Assembly: GCA_963754115.1 (NCBI GenBank)
Contig: CAVWFC010000010.1
Span: forward strand, 403,245-467,244
Length of the DNA stretch: 64,000 nucleotides
Direction of reading: 5' to 3'
Origin: an uncultured Acidimicrobiaceae bacterium
GTDB taxonomy: Bacteria; Actinomycetota; Acidimicrobiia; Acidimicrobiales; Palsa-688
Within the stretch, counting starts at the first letter, position 1. Each line of letters opens with the position of its first letter. The notes under the pieces are model-generated. The model had not been told where the DNA came from and made no database searches. It saw nothing but the letters and a program-made list of their open reading frames with translations. Of this stretch, positions 28,752 through 39,299 are shown piece after piece. A program made the translations under genes and the position numbers.

Positions 28752-30165
28752 ATGGATGAACCCCCGGGCTCCCGGTCCGAAGGCCCTGGCGCTCCTTCGA
28801 TCGAGCTAGCGGCCGGGCCCGGCTCGTTCGGCGGGGTACCGGCCGCGTCGCTGCCGGAGGGCGACGGTCGCGGCGGTGGAGGGAGGACGGAGGCGGGCAC
28901 AGCCTTCGCTTCGGCCACGGTGGCCCGGCCGACCGTTACCGACTGGGCAAAGCGAGCAGCCGGCGCCCGGTTCCTGCAGTCGCCCGTACAGGTGGGCACC
29001 GCTGTCGTGATCGTGGCCGGTCTTTTTACCGTCCTCCGGGTCGTTGTGGCCGCCCACGGCAACGTCGGGGGGCTGGTCATGGCCGGCTCGCGGTACGTAA
29101 GTGCCACCCGCTATACACGCGGTTTGCCGGTCCAGCCGGGCACGGGCTACGACGGCCAGTTTTACTACCGGTTGGCCCTGGATCCCCTGGAGTGGTCGCG
29201 TCGTGCCTTCGGTATAGAACTCGACAATTTGGGCCGCGTCGAGCGGGTTACCTACCCGGGTCTGGTGTGGTTGGTATCGGCCGACGATGCGTCAGCCGTG
29301 CCCGTGGTAATGGTCCTCGTAAACGTATTGGCGTTGGGGGTGCTAGCCGGCGTCTGCACCGCCATGGCACGAGAGGCCCGGCGACACCCATTGTGGGGCC
29401 TGCTGATCGCCGGTTTCTGGGGCTTCTTGTGGACTTTGTCGTGGGATCTCACCGAGCTGACAGAGGCGGTGTTCCTGGTGGCCGGGCTCCTGGCCATCCG
29501 CAAGGGGCGGCCCGTCCTGGCCGGCGTCTTGCTGAGCGCGGCCGTTCTGGCCCGCGAGCCGGCCCTCATCGTGGTGGGCGCAATTTTTCTGGCCCGGACG
29601 TGGGTATTTTTTCACCCCGGCCCAGATGCCGTGGCGGATGGCCCCGGCGCCTGCTCCCCGCCGGGTCGTCGGTGCTCGGTCAGGCCGTCTCACCGACGTC
29701 GCCTGGGCGCTACCGGCCGTCGTTTTCACAGCATGGCAGCTGGCCGTACGCGCGGGTACAGGCAGCCTGGCCATGTTCGCCCCGACCGACAACAACGTGG
29801 GCCTACCCTTTGATGGCCTCGTCCGTGGGCTTGTCCATTACCTCGAGCTGCTCCCTCACAAGACGGCTCTCGAGTGGGGGTGGGAGCTGGCCGTCCTGGC
29901 CTTTATCGGCACGCTGGCGGCGCTGTCTTTGCGCACGAGCACCGCTCAACTTCACGAACGCATCGCCTGGGTCGCCTCGGCCATATTTACCCTGATGCTG
30001 GCCAGTAGCGTCTGGTTTGGCGACGTGGGTTTCCGCAGCCTCGACGACTTTTACCTCTTGAGTGGCGTCCTCGTGCTGTTCTCCGGTTTGCGGCTCACGG
30101 CCGCAGGTTGGCTCGTAGCTTTCACCTGGTCGGTCGTAGCCATCGAGCTGGTGGTCCTCCTATGA
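28752..30165 (+). CDS. polytopic membrane protein (unknown function), one apparent frameshift (~29620-29640)
   Basis: ORF 28752..29813 (GYDGQFYYRLALDP motif, several TM helices) continues in ORF 29626..30165 with further TM helices. Confidence 0.55.
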
Positions 30166-30226
30166 GCCAACGCGGTAAAAGAGGGAGGCAATATCGACCA
30201 AAATTAGCCGAGCGACCAGCTGTGCA

Positions 30227-32027
30227 TCAGCCGAACGTAAAGTCATAAGCCTGCACGCCGGGCGAGAAGGTCACGCCGAGAAAACCGGATTCTCAGAGGC
30301 TGCCCCGAAAAAAGCGTGTAAAGCTTGGGTATCCCACCGATCTCGAGCGTCTCGAGGCGGTGACCGTCGAAGGAGACGTTTACCGTACCCTCGCCTCCCA
30401 TCACCAGGTATACGTCGTTGGCCGTGAAGTTCAGTGTGATTTGAGCTTGGTTCCCGGCCGTTGCCTCTTCTGAGTGGTCGGTCCACCAGCCGCTGAAGGC
30501 AAAGTGATTGGCCGGGACGACCACAGGGGACTTGTAGAAAGCGAGGTTGTTATCGTCGACGGTCCCCACCTCATTACCGATGTTGCTGTAGCCCAGGTAG
30601 CTTTCCCCGGTCATCATCAGCGAGGTCGGGGTCTTGTTGGGGATATCCGTCGCGGGCGGGAGATGGGTGACGCCGTTTGCCCTCAACAGTTCCCTGATGT
30701 CGCCTTCCATTGTCGAGTAGCCGCCTTCGCCGGCGCTCATGGCCCGGACCTGTCCCTGTGCGTCAACGAGATAGTCGGCGGGCCAGTACTCGTTGCTCCA
30801 TGCATCCCACGTGTCGTAGTTGCTGTCTACCGCGACCGGGTAGTCGACGCCGAGGCTGCGGGCGGCGGAGCGGACGTTGGAGAGCACGTGCTCGAAAGCG
30901 AACTCCGGCGTGTGAACACCTACGACCACGAACCCGTCCTTTTCGTAGTCCCTGTACCAGGCCTCGACGTGAGGTAGGGCGCGCTGGCAGTTGATGCACG
31001 AGTACGTCCAGAAATCGATAAGGACGACCTTTCCTCTAAGTCCCTTAATCGTCAGGGGACGATCGCCCGGCGTATTGAGCCACGCCACTATGCCGGCAAA
31101 GTTGGGTGCCCGGCCGAGGTCGGGCAAAGAGGCTGCCGTCTCCGCACTGGCGTCGGGGGTTCCGGCCTTTTTTGCCTTCTGGGCCTCCTTGTCCCCGTCG
31201 GCGAACCGGTTGGCGCGCTCGCCGCTCAGAGCCCGAAGTCGGGCGGCAATCGACGAGTTGCTCTCGATCCTGTTCTCGAGGGCCGAGGTGTAGCCGGGCA
31301 CGTCGCGTTGCAAGGGGTCGAACAGGCCGAAGGCGATGGCCAGCGTCGTCACCGCGAGGACGGCTCCGGCGACGCGGCGGACCACGGGTAGGCGCAGGCG
31401 CACCTTTTTCCATCCCGTCGCCCGCTGCGCGACGGCGGCGAATATCAGGAGCGGGACAGCGGCTCCGAGGGAGTAGAAGAGGGTGACGAACAACGACGAA
31501 GCATTGACCCGGTGGTTGGCGGCGGCAACCGAGATAGCGGCCAGCACCGGTCCTGCGCACGGCACGAAGACAAGCCCGAGGCTGAGGCCGAGGACGAACC
31601 CGCCCCCGGAGCTGGCGTGGCGCGACGTACCCAGCCTCCTGAACGGCAGTTCGGTCCAGTAGCCAATCGTGGGCACCAATAGGCCGAGCGCCAACAGGAG
31701 CAGCAGCGAGATGCCCAACCAGTAAAGGAAGTCCTGCGGCAGGTCAAGGGCGCTGAGTACCGTGCTGCCCAGGAGGACGGCGAGGCTGAAACTGGTTACC
31801 AGCCCGGCGATGATCAAAAAGGGCCTCGCCCTGCTCGTGCCCGTCGAGCCGCCCGCCACTACTACCGGTAGAACGGGGACGATGCACGGGGATAGGCCGG
31901 TGATGAGGCCTCCGAGGAAAGCGATGGCGAGGAGTTCAGCCACTTCCGCTCTAATCGCCCTGCCGAGAACTGCACATGGTTGCTCTCCGGGTTGGGTGCA
32001 CGATAATCCGGCCGATCGGTGTGCCAA
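30227..32027 (-). CDS. dipZ: cytochrome c biogenesis/thiol-disulfide protein DipZ (CcdA membrane domain + TlpA-like thioredoxin + C-terminal DipZ domain), one apparent frameshift (~30290)
   Basis: GLSPCIVPVLP (CcdA) and FWTYSCINCQRALP (CxxC thioredoxin). The C-terminus continues in another frame as GFLGVTFSPGVQAYDFTFG, stop at 30227. Alternative GTG start at 31943. Confidence 0.8.
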
Positions 32028-32081
32028 TTGGTCCGGCCGTCCTTCTAACCGAACGTAGTTCCCCCCATGCCCGAACGGCAG

Positions 32082-32573
32082 TCAGGCTACGACCTGGCGA
32101 GAGGCTATTGCGCCAGCCGGGCGCCCGAGAAGGAAAAGGACCACGACGTAGCAGGCGACCGCACCGAAAGCCAGCAGTGCCATTATCAGCGAGCTCACAT
32201 CGTTGTTGAAGTCAAGGAAGCTGGCCCCGTTGAAGCCGGCCCCGATGACGAGCACGCCACCTAGAGCGGACCCCGTAACGACCTTGCGGTCCCCCAGGCT
32301 GAAGGCACGGACGGCGACCGAGATCACCATCAGGACAAGGGCCAACCCGAGCGAGGCGTGGACGGCCAGGGCCACGGGGCCGTGGCCTATCGCCCATACG
32401 ACGCTGTGGAACGACCCGCCCACGTAGTCGGATGGGTGCGCCCCGGGATGGTGCGCGGGGAGGGTCACGTAAAGGTTGACGACCATCCCTATGCCGCACT
32501 GAACGAGCACGACCAGGATCGTGCTCAGTACCATGCGCCGAAGCGCGGGCAGCGCCGTCCTGCGGGCGACCAC
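32082..32573 (-). CDS. hypothetical 4-TM membrane protein, His-rich loops
   Basis: 163-aa intact ORF with four hydrophobic helices and conserved-looking His residues (HHPGAHPS, HSVVWAIGHG, HASLG). Confidence 0.5.
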   Translation of the reverse strand: MVARRTALPALRRMVLSTILVVLVQCGIGMVVNLYVTLPAHHPGAHPSDYVGGSFHSVVWAIGHGPVALAVHASLGLALVLMVISVAVRAFSLGDRKVVTGSALGGVLVIGAGFNGASFLDFNNDVSSLIMALLAFGAVACYVVVLFLLGRPAGAIASRQVVA

Positions 32574-32579
32574 AATCGT

Positions 32580-33530
32580 CTACTCGGCTTTGACACCAAG
32601 CCGGGCCCGCCACGAGAACCAAAGACGGTCGCCCGGGCCCCCGTTGGCGAAGCTGACCGCCTCCCGGTAGGCGGCCTCGACCTCGTCCCGGAAGTGGTCC
32701 ATGCCAAGGTCATCATCGGTGAGCCCAAGGCGCCGGAACGTCTGGTACCCGCCCTGGCTCGAAAAAAGGGCGATGAAGCGTTCAGGGCCGCCGTCCTCCT
32801 CCTGGTTGAACAGGAGCTCGCGGACGAACGCAAAGTGGCCACAATTGCGCAGCCGTTCGAGGTGGTGCGCCTTCGCCCAGGACCGTGTCCCGTCGGGTGT
32901 GGTCCGGTCCCGCCACGGGTCGGCGATGTCGTCGTCACCCGGCGCCGGGTCGTCGCGCCCCATCTCTCTTATGGCCCGGCGTAACTCGGCTTCCCCGGCC
33001 CCGGCCGCCGCGAGTGCTTCGAGCGCCCTGGTCCGGCGGTGGACCGCCACCCAGGCTTGCTCTGCCCGCGCCAGCCCGGCCACAGGTGGCCAGTCCGCAT
33101 CAATGACCGCGAATACCCCTCCGGGCCGCAAGAGACGAGCGACCTCGGCCAGTGTGGTGCCCGGCTCCATCCAGTGCATGGCCTGCACGGCGATAACTAT
33201 GTCGGCGCTGCCGTCCTCGAGTCCCGTACGGAACGACCAGCCGCTCCGGTACGTTACGCCTGGCGCGGGGCGAGCCCCGGCAACTGTTCTCATGTCGTCG
33301 TTCGGCTCGATCCCGATCACTTGTCCCGCCCAGGTCGCCGCCCATCGCGACGAGAGACCGGTGCCGCTGCCGAGGTCGACGACCCTCGGGCCTGTCTCTT
33401 CGGCGTTAGTGGCCTCATGTGCATAGCGCACCAGGAGCGGGCCCAGTTGGGCCGGCGGCGTCGGCCGGCTGCTGTCGTACAGGTCGGCGAAACCGCTGAA
33501 GCGAGCGGGTTGGACGTCAGCCGTGTTCAC
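32580..33530 (-). CDS. class I SAM-dependent methyltransferase
   Basis: VVDLGSGTGLSS motif I and a downstream ADIVIAVQAMHWM region. GTG start. Confidence 0.75.
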   Translation of the reverse strand: MNTADVQPARFSGFADLYDSSRPTPPAQLGPLLVRYAHEATNAEETGPRVVDLGSGTGLSSRWAATWAGQVIGIEPNDDMRTVAGARPAPGVTYRSGWSFRTGLEDGSADIVIAVQAMHWMEPGTTLAEVARLLRPGGVFAVIDADWPPVAGLARAEQAWVAVHRRTRALEALAAAGAGEAELRRAIREMGRDDPAPGDDDIADPWRDRTTPDGTRSWAKAHHLERLRNCGHFAFVRELLFNQEEDGGPERFIALFSSQGGYQTFRRLGLTDDDLGMDHFRDEVEAAYREAVSFANGGPGDRLWFSWRARLGVKAE

Positions 33531-33548
33531 TGAAGGAGCGTACGCGCC

Positions 33549-33830
33549 GTGGCGTCACCGTCGCCATCGCGGGGCGTTCGTCAAGGCGGTCGCGGCACCG
33601 GCTGTAGCAGGCGCCTTGGCGGGCATCCTCCCGGCGTTGGCGCGGACGGCAGCTTCAACACCGAGTTTGGTTTGCAGCCTGGTACCGGGGCGGCGGCCGC
33701 CGGAGAAGACCTGGAATTCCCGCAGGGAATTGCTATCAGCGCGGCTGGCAACATCTACATAGCTGACAGTGGGAACAACCGAGTGGTCGAGTACTCCCCG
33801 CCCCCGTCGTGGAACGAGGCAGCCAAATGA
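33549..33830 (+). pseudogene. single NHL-repeat fragment (probable remnant of a secreted NHL-repeat protein)
   Basis: LEFPQGIAISAAGNIYIADSGNNRVVEY is one NHL blade. A signal-like stretch (AVAAPAVAGALAGILPALA) lies in a different frame just upstream. The 3' end overlaps the phospholipase C start. Confidence 0.3.
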
Positions 33831-35292
33831 GCAACTTTCTTGACCGTTCACGCGGTCCCATCATCAGCCGGCGCCAGCTCCTCAAAGGCTCTCTTGCCCT
33901 GGCTGGCACCGCGGTGGCCAGTTCTGTCCTGCCCACGAGCGTTCGTCGAGCGGCGGCCAGGACGCTCGCTTACCCCGGGCGCTCGAGCCTGAACGACATC
34001 AAGCACATCGTGGTCCTGATGCAGGAAAACCGGAGTTTCGACCACTATTTCGGCACATTCCCCGGGGCACGAGGTTTCAAGGGCCCGACGGCAATTACCC
34101 TGCCCGACGGCAACCCGGTCTTCTACCAGCCGGGCCCGGGCCATGCCAACGGCTACCTCTTGCCGTGGCATTACGACACAAAGACGACTTCGGCCAAGGC
34201 CACGCCCGGCACCGACCACACCTGGCCCACGCAGCATGCAGCGTGGGACGGGGGAAGATGGACGGCTGGGTGGCAGCCAAGGGACCGTTCAGCATGGGTT
34301 ACTACACCGAGGACGACATCCCCTTCCAGCGTGCCCTGGCCCGTACATTTACGCTTTGCGACAATTACCATTGCAGCGTCTTCGGCCCGACCAACCCCAA
34401 CCGCCTTTACATGTGGACCGGGTGGATCGACCCTCACGGCACCGCCGGCGGGCCCATCATCGACAACACGCCGGCTTTCAACAACGTGATCCTTTCCTGG
34501 ATGACCTACCCCGAGCGTCTCGAGCAGGCCGGCATCAGTTGGCAGGTGTACCAGGAAGAGGACAACTACGACGACAACGCCCTGGCCTGGTTCACGCAGT
34601 ATGCCAGTGCTTCGACCTCATCTTCGTTGTGGCAGCGCGGGATGCTCAAGCAACCGGCCGGTGCGTTCGAGTACGCGGCTCGCAACGACCGCCTCCCCCA
34701 GGTTTCGTGGATCGTGGCGCCGACGGCGCAAACCGAGCACCCGGACTACTTCCCGGCGGCAGGCGCTGAGTACGTCGCCCAAAAACTCGACGCCATCGCT
34801 TCCAACCCCGACGTGTGGGCCAAGACGCTGTTCATCCTCACTTACGACGAGAACGACGGGATGTTCGACCACGTCCCGCCGCCAACGCCGGCGGCGGGCA
34901 CGCCCGACGAGTTCGTGACCTTGACCTCGCCGGGTGGTACACCCGGTGACGGCCTCCCGATCGGGCTGGGTTTTCGCGTACCCGTCACCCTGGTGTCCCC
35001 CTGGACGGTGGGCGGCAACATTTACTCGGGCGTGCTCGACCACACGTCGCTGATCCGCATAATCGAAAGCCGTTTCGGGGTTATGGCGCCAAACATCAGT
35101 GCGTGGCGGCGTCAAACCGTGGGCGATTTCGTCCCCGCCCTCAATTTCAACGGTCATCCCGCCGTCTGGCCCGACAAGGCCGCCCTCCGGCTCGGCACGA
35201 CTGACGCCGAATTGCTCACGGCCCAGAACGAAGTCGATTTCAACCCGGCGCCGGTGATCCCGGCCGTCAACGAGGCGTTCCCTCCTCGCTAG
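33827..35292 (+). CDS. phospholipase C / phosphoesterase family protein with Tat signal, one apparent frameshift (~34255, A-run)
   Basis: Twin-arginine signal SRRQLLKGSLALAG. IKHIVVLMQENRSFDHYFGTFPG and TYDENDGMFDHVPPP phosphoesterase motifs. The join HAAWDGG(K)MDGWVAAKG needs one extra A. Confidence 0.8.
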
Positions 35293-35414
35293 CGGCGCCG
35301 CTTGGCTCAATCTGGTACCGGAAATGGGGTGATAAGCCCACTTTTCGGTGCCAGAACCCGGCTTTCGCCTCGCCAACGAGCACGTGGCAAAGGTGAACGT
35401 GGCCTGTCGTGGAC

Positions 35415-36449
35415 CTAGAAGAGAGCCAGCTTCCTGACAGCGTCGACTACTTCTGCGACGCCCGGGATTACGGCATCCTCTTCCGGCGAGTTGAAAGCGA
35501 TGTGGCAGTCGTCGGCGGCCACCCTCGTTACCGGCGCGTCGAGGTCACTGAACAGCTCGTCAGCTATAAAGGCGGCTACCTCGGCCCCGAAGCCCAAGGT
35601 CTTGTTGGCTTCATGGAGCACGAGTGCCCGGCCCGTTTTCCGCACGCTCGTGGCGATTGCTTCCCGGTCGAGGGGCACTAGCGTCCTCAGGTCGACGATC
35701 TCGACGTCGTTGCCCTCGTCGGCCAGGATCCGGGCTGCTTCTCGAGCGTGCTGGAGCCCGATGCCGTAGGTGAACAACGACACGTCGTCCCCCTCCCGGT
35801 CGACCGCCGCCCGGCCGATGGGGACCAGCCACTCAGCGTCGTCGGTAACGATCTCACGCGTGCTCCTGTACATTCTCTTGCTTTCCAAGAAAATCACCGG
35901 GTCGTCGTCGCGGATGGCGCTTTTGAGAAGGCCCTTGGCGTCACCGGGCGTGCCCGGGACCACGACCTTCAGGCCGGGGATATGACAGTAGAGCGCTTCT
36001 ACGCTCTGCGAGTGGTACATGCCGCCCCGTACCCCGGCGCCAATCGGTGCCCGGAACACCGCGGGGACCTGGAAGCGACCGAGCGTCCGCCACCGAATGG
36101 TGGCCGCCTGGTTGACGATCTGGTCGTACGCCGGGTGCATATAGTCGCCGAACTCGAACTCGGCTACCGGTCTCAAGCCCACCATGGCCGCCCCTATCGC
36201 CGCTCCGGCGATGACTGCCTCGGAGATGGGGGTGTCGAGGACCCGCAAAGGACCGAAACGTTCGAGCAAACCTTCCGTCGCCCTGAAGACCCCGCCCTTC
36301 AGTCCCACGTCCTCGCCAAGTACGACTACCGAATCGTCTCTGGTCATTTCCTCGACGAGAGCGTCCCGGATGGCCTCGACCATCGTCTTTCCGGCCTGCC
36401 TGGGCTTTCCCGCTAATCGGGGAGCCCCCGCCTGTTTAGACAGCGTCAT
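35415..36449 (-). CDS. 2-oxoacid dehydrogenase E1 component beta subunit
   Basis: Transketolase-like pyrimidine-binding and C-terminal domains (VVVLGEDVG..GGVFRAT..L...FG..RVLDTPISE). ATG overlaps the alpha-subunit stop (ATGA). Confidence 0.9.
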   Translation of the reverse strand: MTLSKQAGAPRLAGKPRQAGKTMVEAIRDALVEEMTRDDSVVVLGEDVGLKGGVFRATEGLLERFGPLRVLDTPISEAVIAGAAIGAAMVGLRPVAEFEFGDYMHPAYDQIVNQAATIRWRTLGRFQVPAVFRAPIGAGVRGGMYHSQSVEALYCHIPGLKVVVPGTPGDAKGLLKSAIRDDDPVIFLESKRMYRSTREIVTDDAEWLVPIGRAAVDREGDDVSLFTYGIGLQHAREAARILADEGNDVEIVDLRTLVPLDREAIATSVRKTGRALVLHEANKTLGFGAEVAAFIADELFSDLDAPVTRVAADDCHIAFNSPEEDAVIPGVAEVVDAVRKLALF

Positions 36450-37442
36450 ATTTCGCCGTCCTCGGCGTAAAGGTAGCGGCGTGCCCTTTCCGGTGCCGGC
36501 AGGGGAGAGGCTTTGGCTTCCTCGGCGGCCCGGGCCATCTCGCGCTCGGCCAGTTGCCAGAGCCTGGCGTCGGCCTCCGCGTCCAGGGCGCCCAGCTCGA
36601 ACAGGCGCTCTCGCGCCCGCGGCATCGGGTCATCATCCAGGGCCGCCTGCTTTTCCGCTTCGGTCCGGTACGAGTCGTCGTCCTGGCTACTGTGCGGCGT
36701 CATACGTGACACCACGAGTTCCAGGAGGGTAGGCCCACCACCCGCGCGCTCGACCCACGGCCTCGGACGTCGCATCAAAGACGCCGAAGGCATCGCTCCC
36801 GTCGACCTGGTACCCCGGCATGCCGTAGGCGCTGGCCCGCGCCGCGATGTTCCCACCCGCGACCTGAAGGGCGACGGGGACGCTGATGGCCCAGCCGTTG
36901 TTCTCGCAGATGAAGACCACCGGGAGACGATGGATGGCGGCCAGGTTCATGGATTCATGGGTGGCCCCCTCGGAGGAGGCTCCGTCGCCGAACCAGCACA
37001 CCGAGACCCAGTCGGCGTTGCGCACCCGGGCGGCGTACGCGCACCCAACGGCGTGAGGGATATGACCGGCGACAGCGCTCGACATGCTGCCTATACGACG
37101 TTCGGGGTCGGACATGTGCCCGGGCAGCTGGCGCCCCCCGGTATGGGGGTCGTCGGCCCGGCCCAGTGCCCCGAGGAGGATCTCGTAGGGAGTGACCCCG
37201 AGCGTCAAGTTGACGCTCATGTCCCGGTAATAAGGCCAGGCGTAGTCATATCCAGGGCGAAGGGCCATGGCACTTGCGATCTGCGCGATCTCGTGCCCAC
37301 GGGCGGTGAGGACGAACCCGGCGGCTCCCTGGCGGTAAAGGATCCAGAGCCTCTCGTCCAACCGGCGGGTCCTTACCGCCATCTCGTAGACGCGACTGAG
37401 CAGCTCCCGTTGAGCAGCATCAGTCCTCGTGTCGATGCTCAC
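36446..37442 (-). CDS. 2-oxoacid dehydrogenase E1 component alpha subunit (TPP-binding), one apparent frameshift (~36740)
   Basis: GDGASSEGATHESMNLAAIHRLPVVFICENNGWAIS TPP motif (3' part of ORF 36687..37901). C-terminus GGGPTLLELVVSRMTPHSS is in ORF 36446..36856. GTG start at 37442. Confidence 0.8.
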
Positions 37443-37548
37443 TTCTTTGACGGTACAGCTTCGGCCTTCGCTTTGAACGCCGATGGCCGGTCTGGTCCGG
37501 TCCGGTACGGTCCGGGCCGCCTTGATGGGTGACGTTAGGCTCGCACCC

Positions 37549-38328
37549 GTGAACATTGCTGTTTGCGTCAAGCAGGTCCCCGGCCCTGACGCCCCGGCCG
37601 GTTTCGACCCCGTAACCCATGATCTGCTTCGCAGCGGTGGCCTGGTGCTCGACGACTCGGACAGCTTCGGGGTGGAGACGGCGCTGCGTCTCGCCGAGCA
37701 GTCCGGGCAGGGTGAGGTCGTGCTCCTCAGCATGACCCCGGGCGGCGAGACGGCCGGTTTGCGTACCGCTTTGGCGATGGGGGCAGCGCGTGCCTTGCTC
37801 GTGTCTGACGAAGCGCTTGCCGGTAGCGATGCGCTCGGCACTGCCCGTGTGCTGGCTGCCCTTGCCGCTCGGGCCGGGGCCGACCTCGTACTGGCCGCCA
37901 CAGAATCGAGCGACGGCTATACGGGGACGGTGCCGGTCCAGATGGCCGAGTTGCTCGGCTACCCGGCCGTGACCTTCGCGAAGCATGTCGAAACCGACGG
38001 CGCCAGTGTCAAAGTGCAGCGCCAGACAGACGAAGGCAGTGAGGACGTGACCTGCCCTTTGCCGGCTGTCGTGACGGTCACCGCCGGCGTCGTGGAGGTC
38101 CGTTACCCTTCGTTCCGGGGGATCATGAGCGCCAAATCGAAACCCATCGAGACGCTCGCCCTGGCCGACATCGGCGTCGACCCCTCGGTTGTTGGCCGGT
38201 CGGGGGCGCGTCAAGAGGTGTTAGCGGTTGAGAAGGCCGAGGCACGAGCCGGCGGGACGATCCTGACCGACGACGGGCGAGCGCACGAGGAGATCGTCGC
38301 CCTTCTGGACGAGTGGGGCGTGCTGTAG
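37549..38328 (+). CDS. etfB: electron transfer flavoprotein beta subunit
   Basis: VNIAVCVKQVPGPDAP N-terminus typical of EtfB/FixA. Alternative ATG at 37525. Confidence 0.85.
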   Translation: MNIAVCVKQVPGPDAPAGFDPVTHDLLRSGGLVLDDSDSFGVETALRLAEQSGQGEVVLLSMTPGGETAGLRTALAMGAARALLVSDEALAGSDALGTARVLAALAARAGADLVLAATESSDGYTGTVPVQMAELLGYPAVTFAKHVETDGASVKVQRQTDEGSEDVTCPLPAVVTVTAGVVEVRYPSFRGIMSAKSKPIETLALADIGVDPSVVGRSGARQEVLAVEKAEARAGGTILTDDGRAHEEIVALLDEWGVL

Positions 38329-38330
38329 CC

Positions 38331-39299
38331 GTGGGCGAGATCTTCGTCGTCGCCGAACAGCGCCACGGTGACCTCGCGAGCCCGGTCCTCGAGGTGTGCA
38401 CTGCGGCGCGGGGTTTCGCGGACAACGTGACGGCTTTCGTGTGGGGCGAGGGATCCGGGCAGACCGCGCCCATGCTCGGCAGGTACGGTGCGACGAGGGT
38501 GATAGACGTCGGCGACCTCGGGGACGGCCTGTCCGGGCCCCGTGTAGCCGCCGCTATCGCAGAGGAGGTCACCGTCTCCGGCCCGGGGGCAGTCTTTGCC
38601 GCCGCCAGCTACGAAGGCCGTGACATCGCCGCTCGTCTTTCGGCCCGGGTCGACCGTCCGGTCATCGCCAACGTCGTGGGGCTGGCGTTCGAGGGTGGCG
38701 AGCTGGTGAGCTCCCACATGGTTTTTGGCGGGACCACGATTGTCCGCGCCCGGTTTACCGGCCGGCCCGGGCATCTTCATAATCAGAGCCAAGTCCTTCG
38801 AAGCCGTTGAATCGACTGCGACTGCGACTGCGCCTGAGGTCGTGGCCCGGCCGGCGCCGCAGCTGGAGGCGACCGACTCGGCACGGGTAGTGGCGCGCCA
38901 CGTAGAACCCAGAACCGGGCCCAGCCTTGACGACGCCAAGGTGGTTGTTTCGGGTGGGCGCGGCCTCGGGGCCCGGAACGGTTCGCGCTCATCGAAGAGC
39001 TGGCCGGGCTGCTCGGGGGCGCCCCTGCCGCCACGAGAGCCATCGTCGACGCGGGGTGGGTCCCCTATGCGTACCAGGTGGGCCAGACCGGCAAGACCGT
39101 AACGCCGGATGTGTATCTCGCGTTCGGGATCTCAGGGGCCACCCAGCACCTGGTCGGCATGAAAGGGGCCAACCACATCATCGCCGTAAACCGGGATCCT
39201 GAAGCTCCGATAATGCAGGTGGCGGACCTCGGGGTCGTCGGCGACGTCAGCCAGGTACTGCCGAAGCTGGTGGCCGCGGTGAAGAGGCTCAGCGGGTAG
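38331..39299 (+). CDS. etfA: electron transfer flavoprotein alpha subunit, two apparent frameshifts (~38760, ~38970)
   Basis: N-domain in ORF 38313..38810, middle in ORF 38725..39102 ([15 protein letters not shown]). FAD-binding C-terminus [58 protein letters not shown] is in the frame of ORF 39078..39299. Confidence 0.8.

Noticed and set aside
37443-37901. N-terminal ~150 codons of ORF 36687..37901, and the other long ORFs antisense to etfB (37420..38214, 38211..38939)
   Set aside because: The sequence upstream of the VSIDTRTD start is Ala/Arg/Ser-rich and overlaps etfB on the opposite strand. The E1 alpha homology begins only at about 37442.
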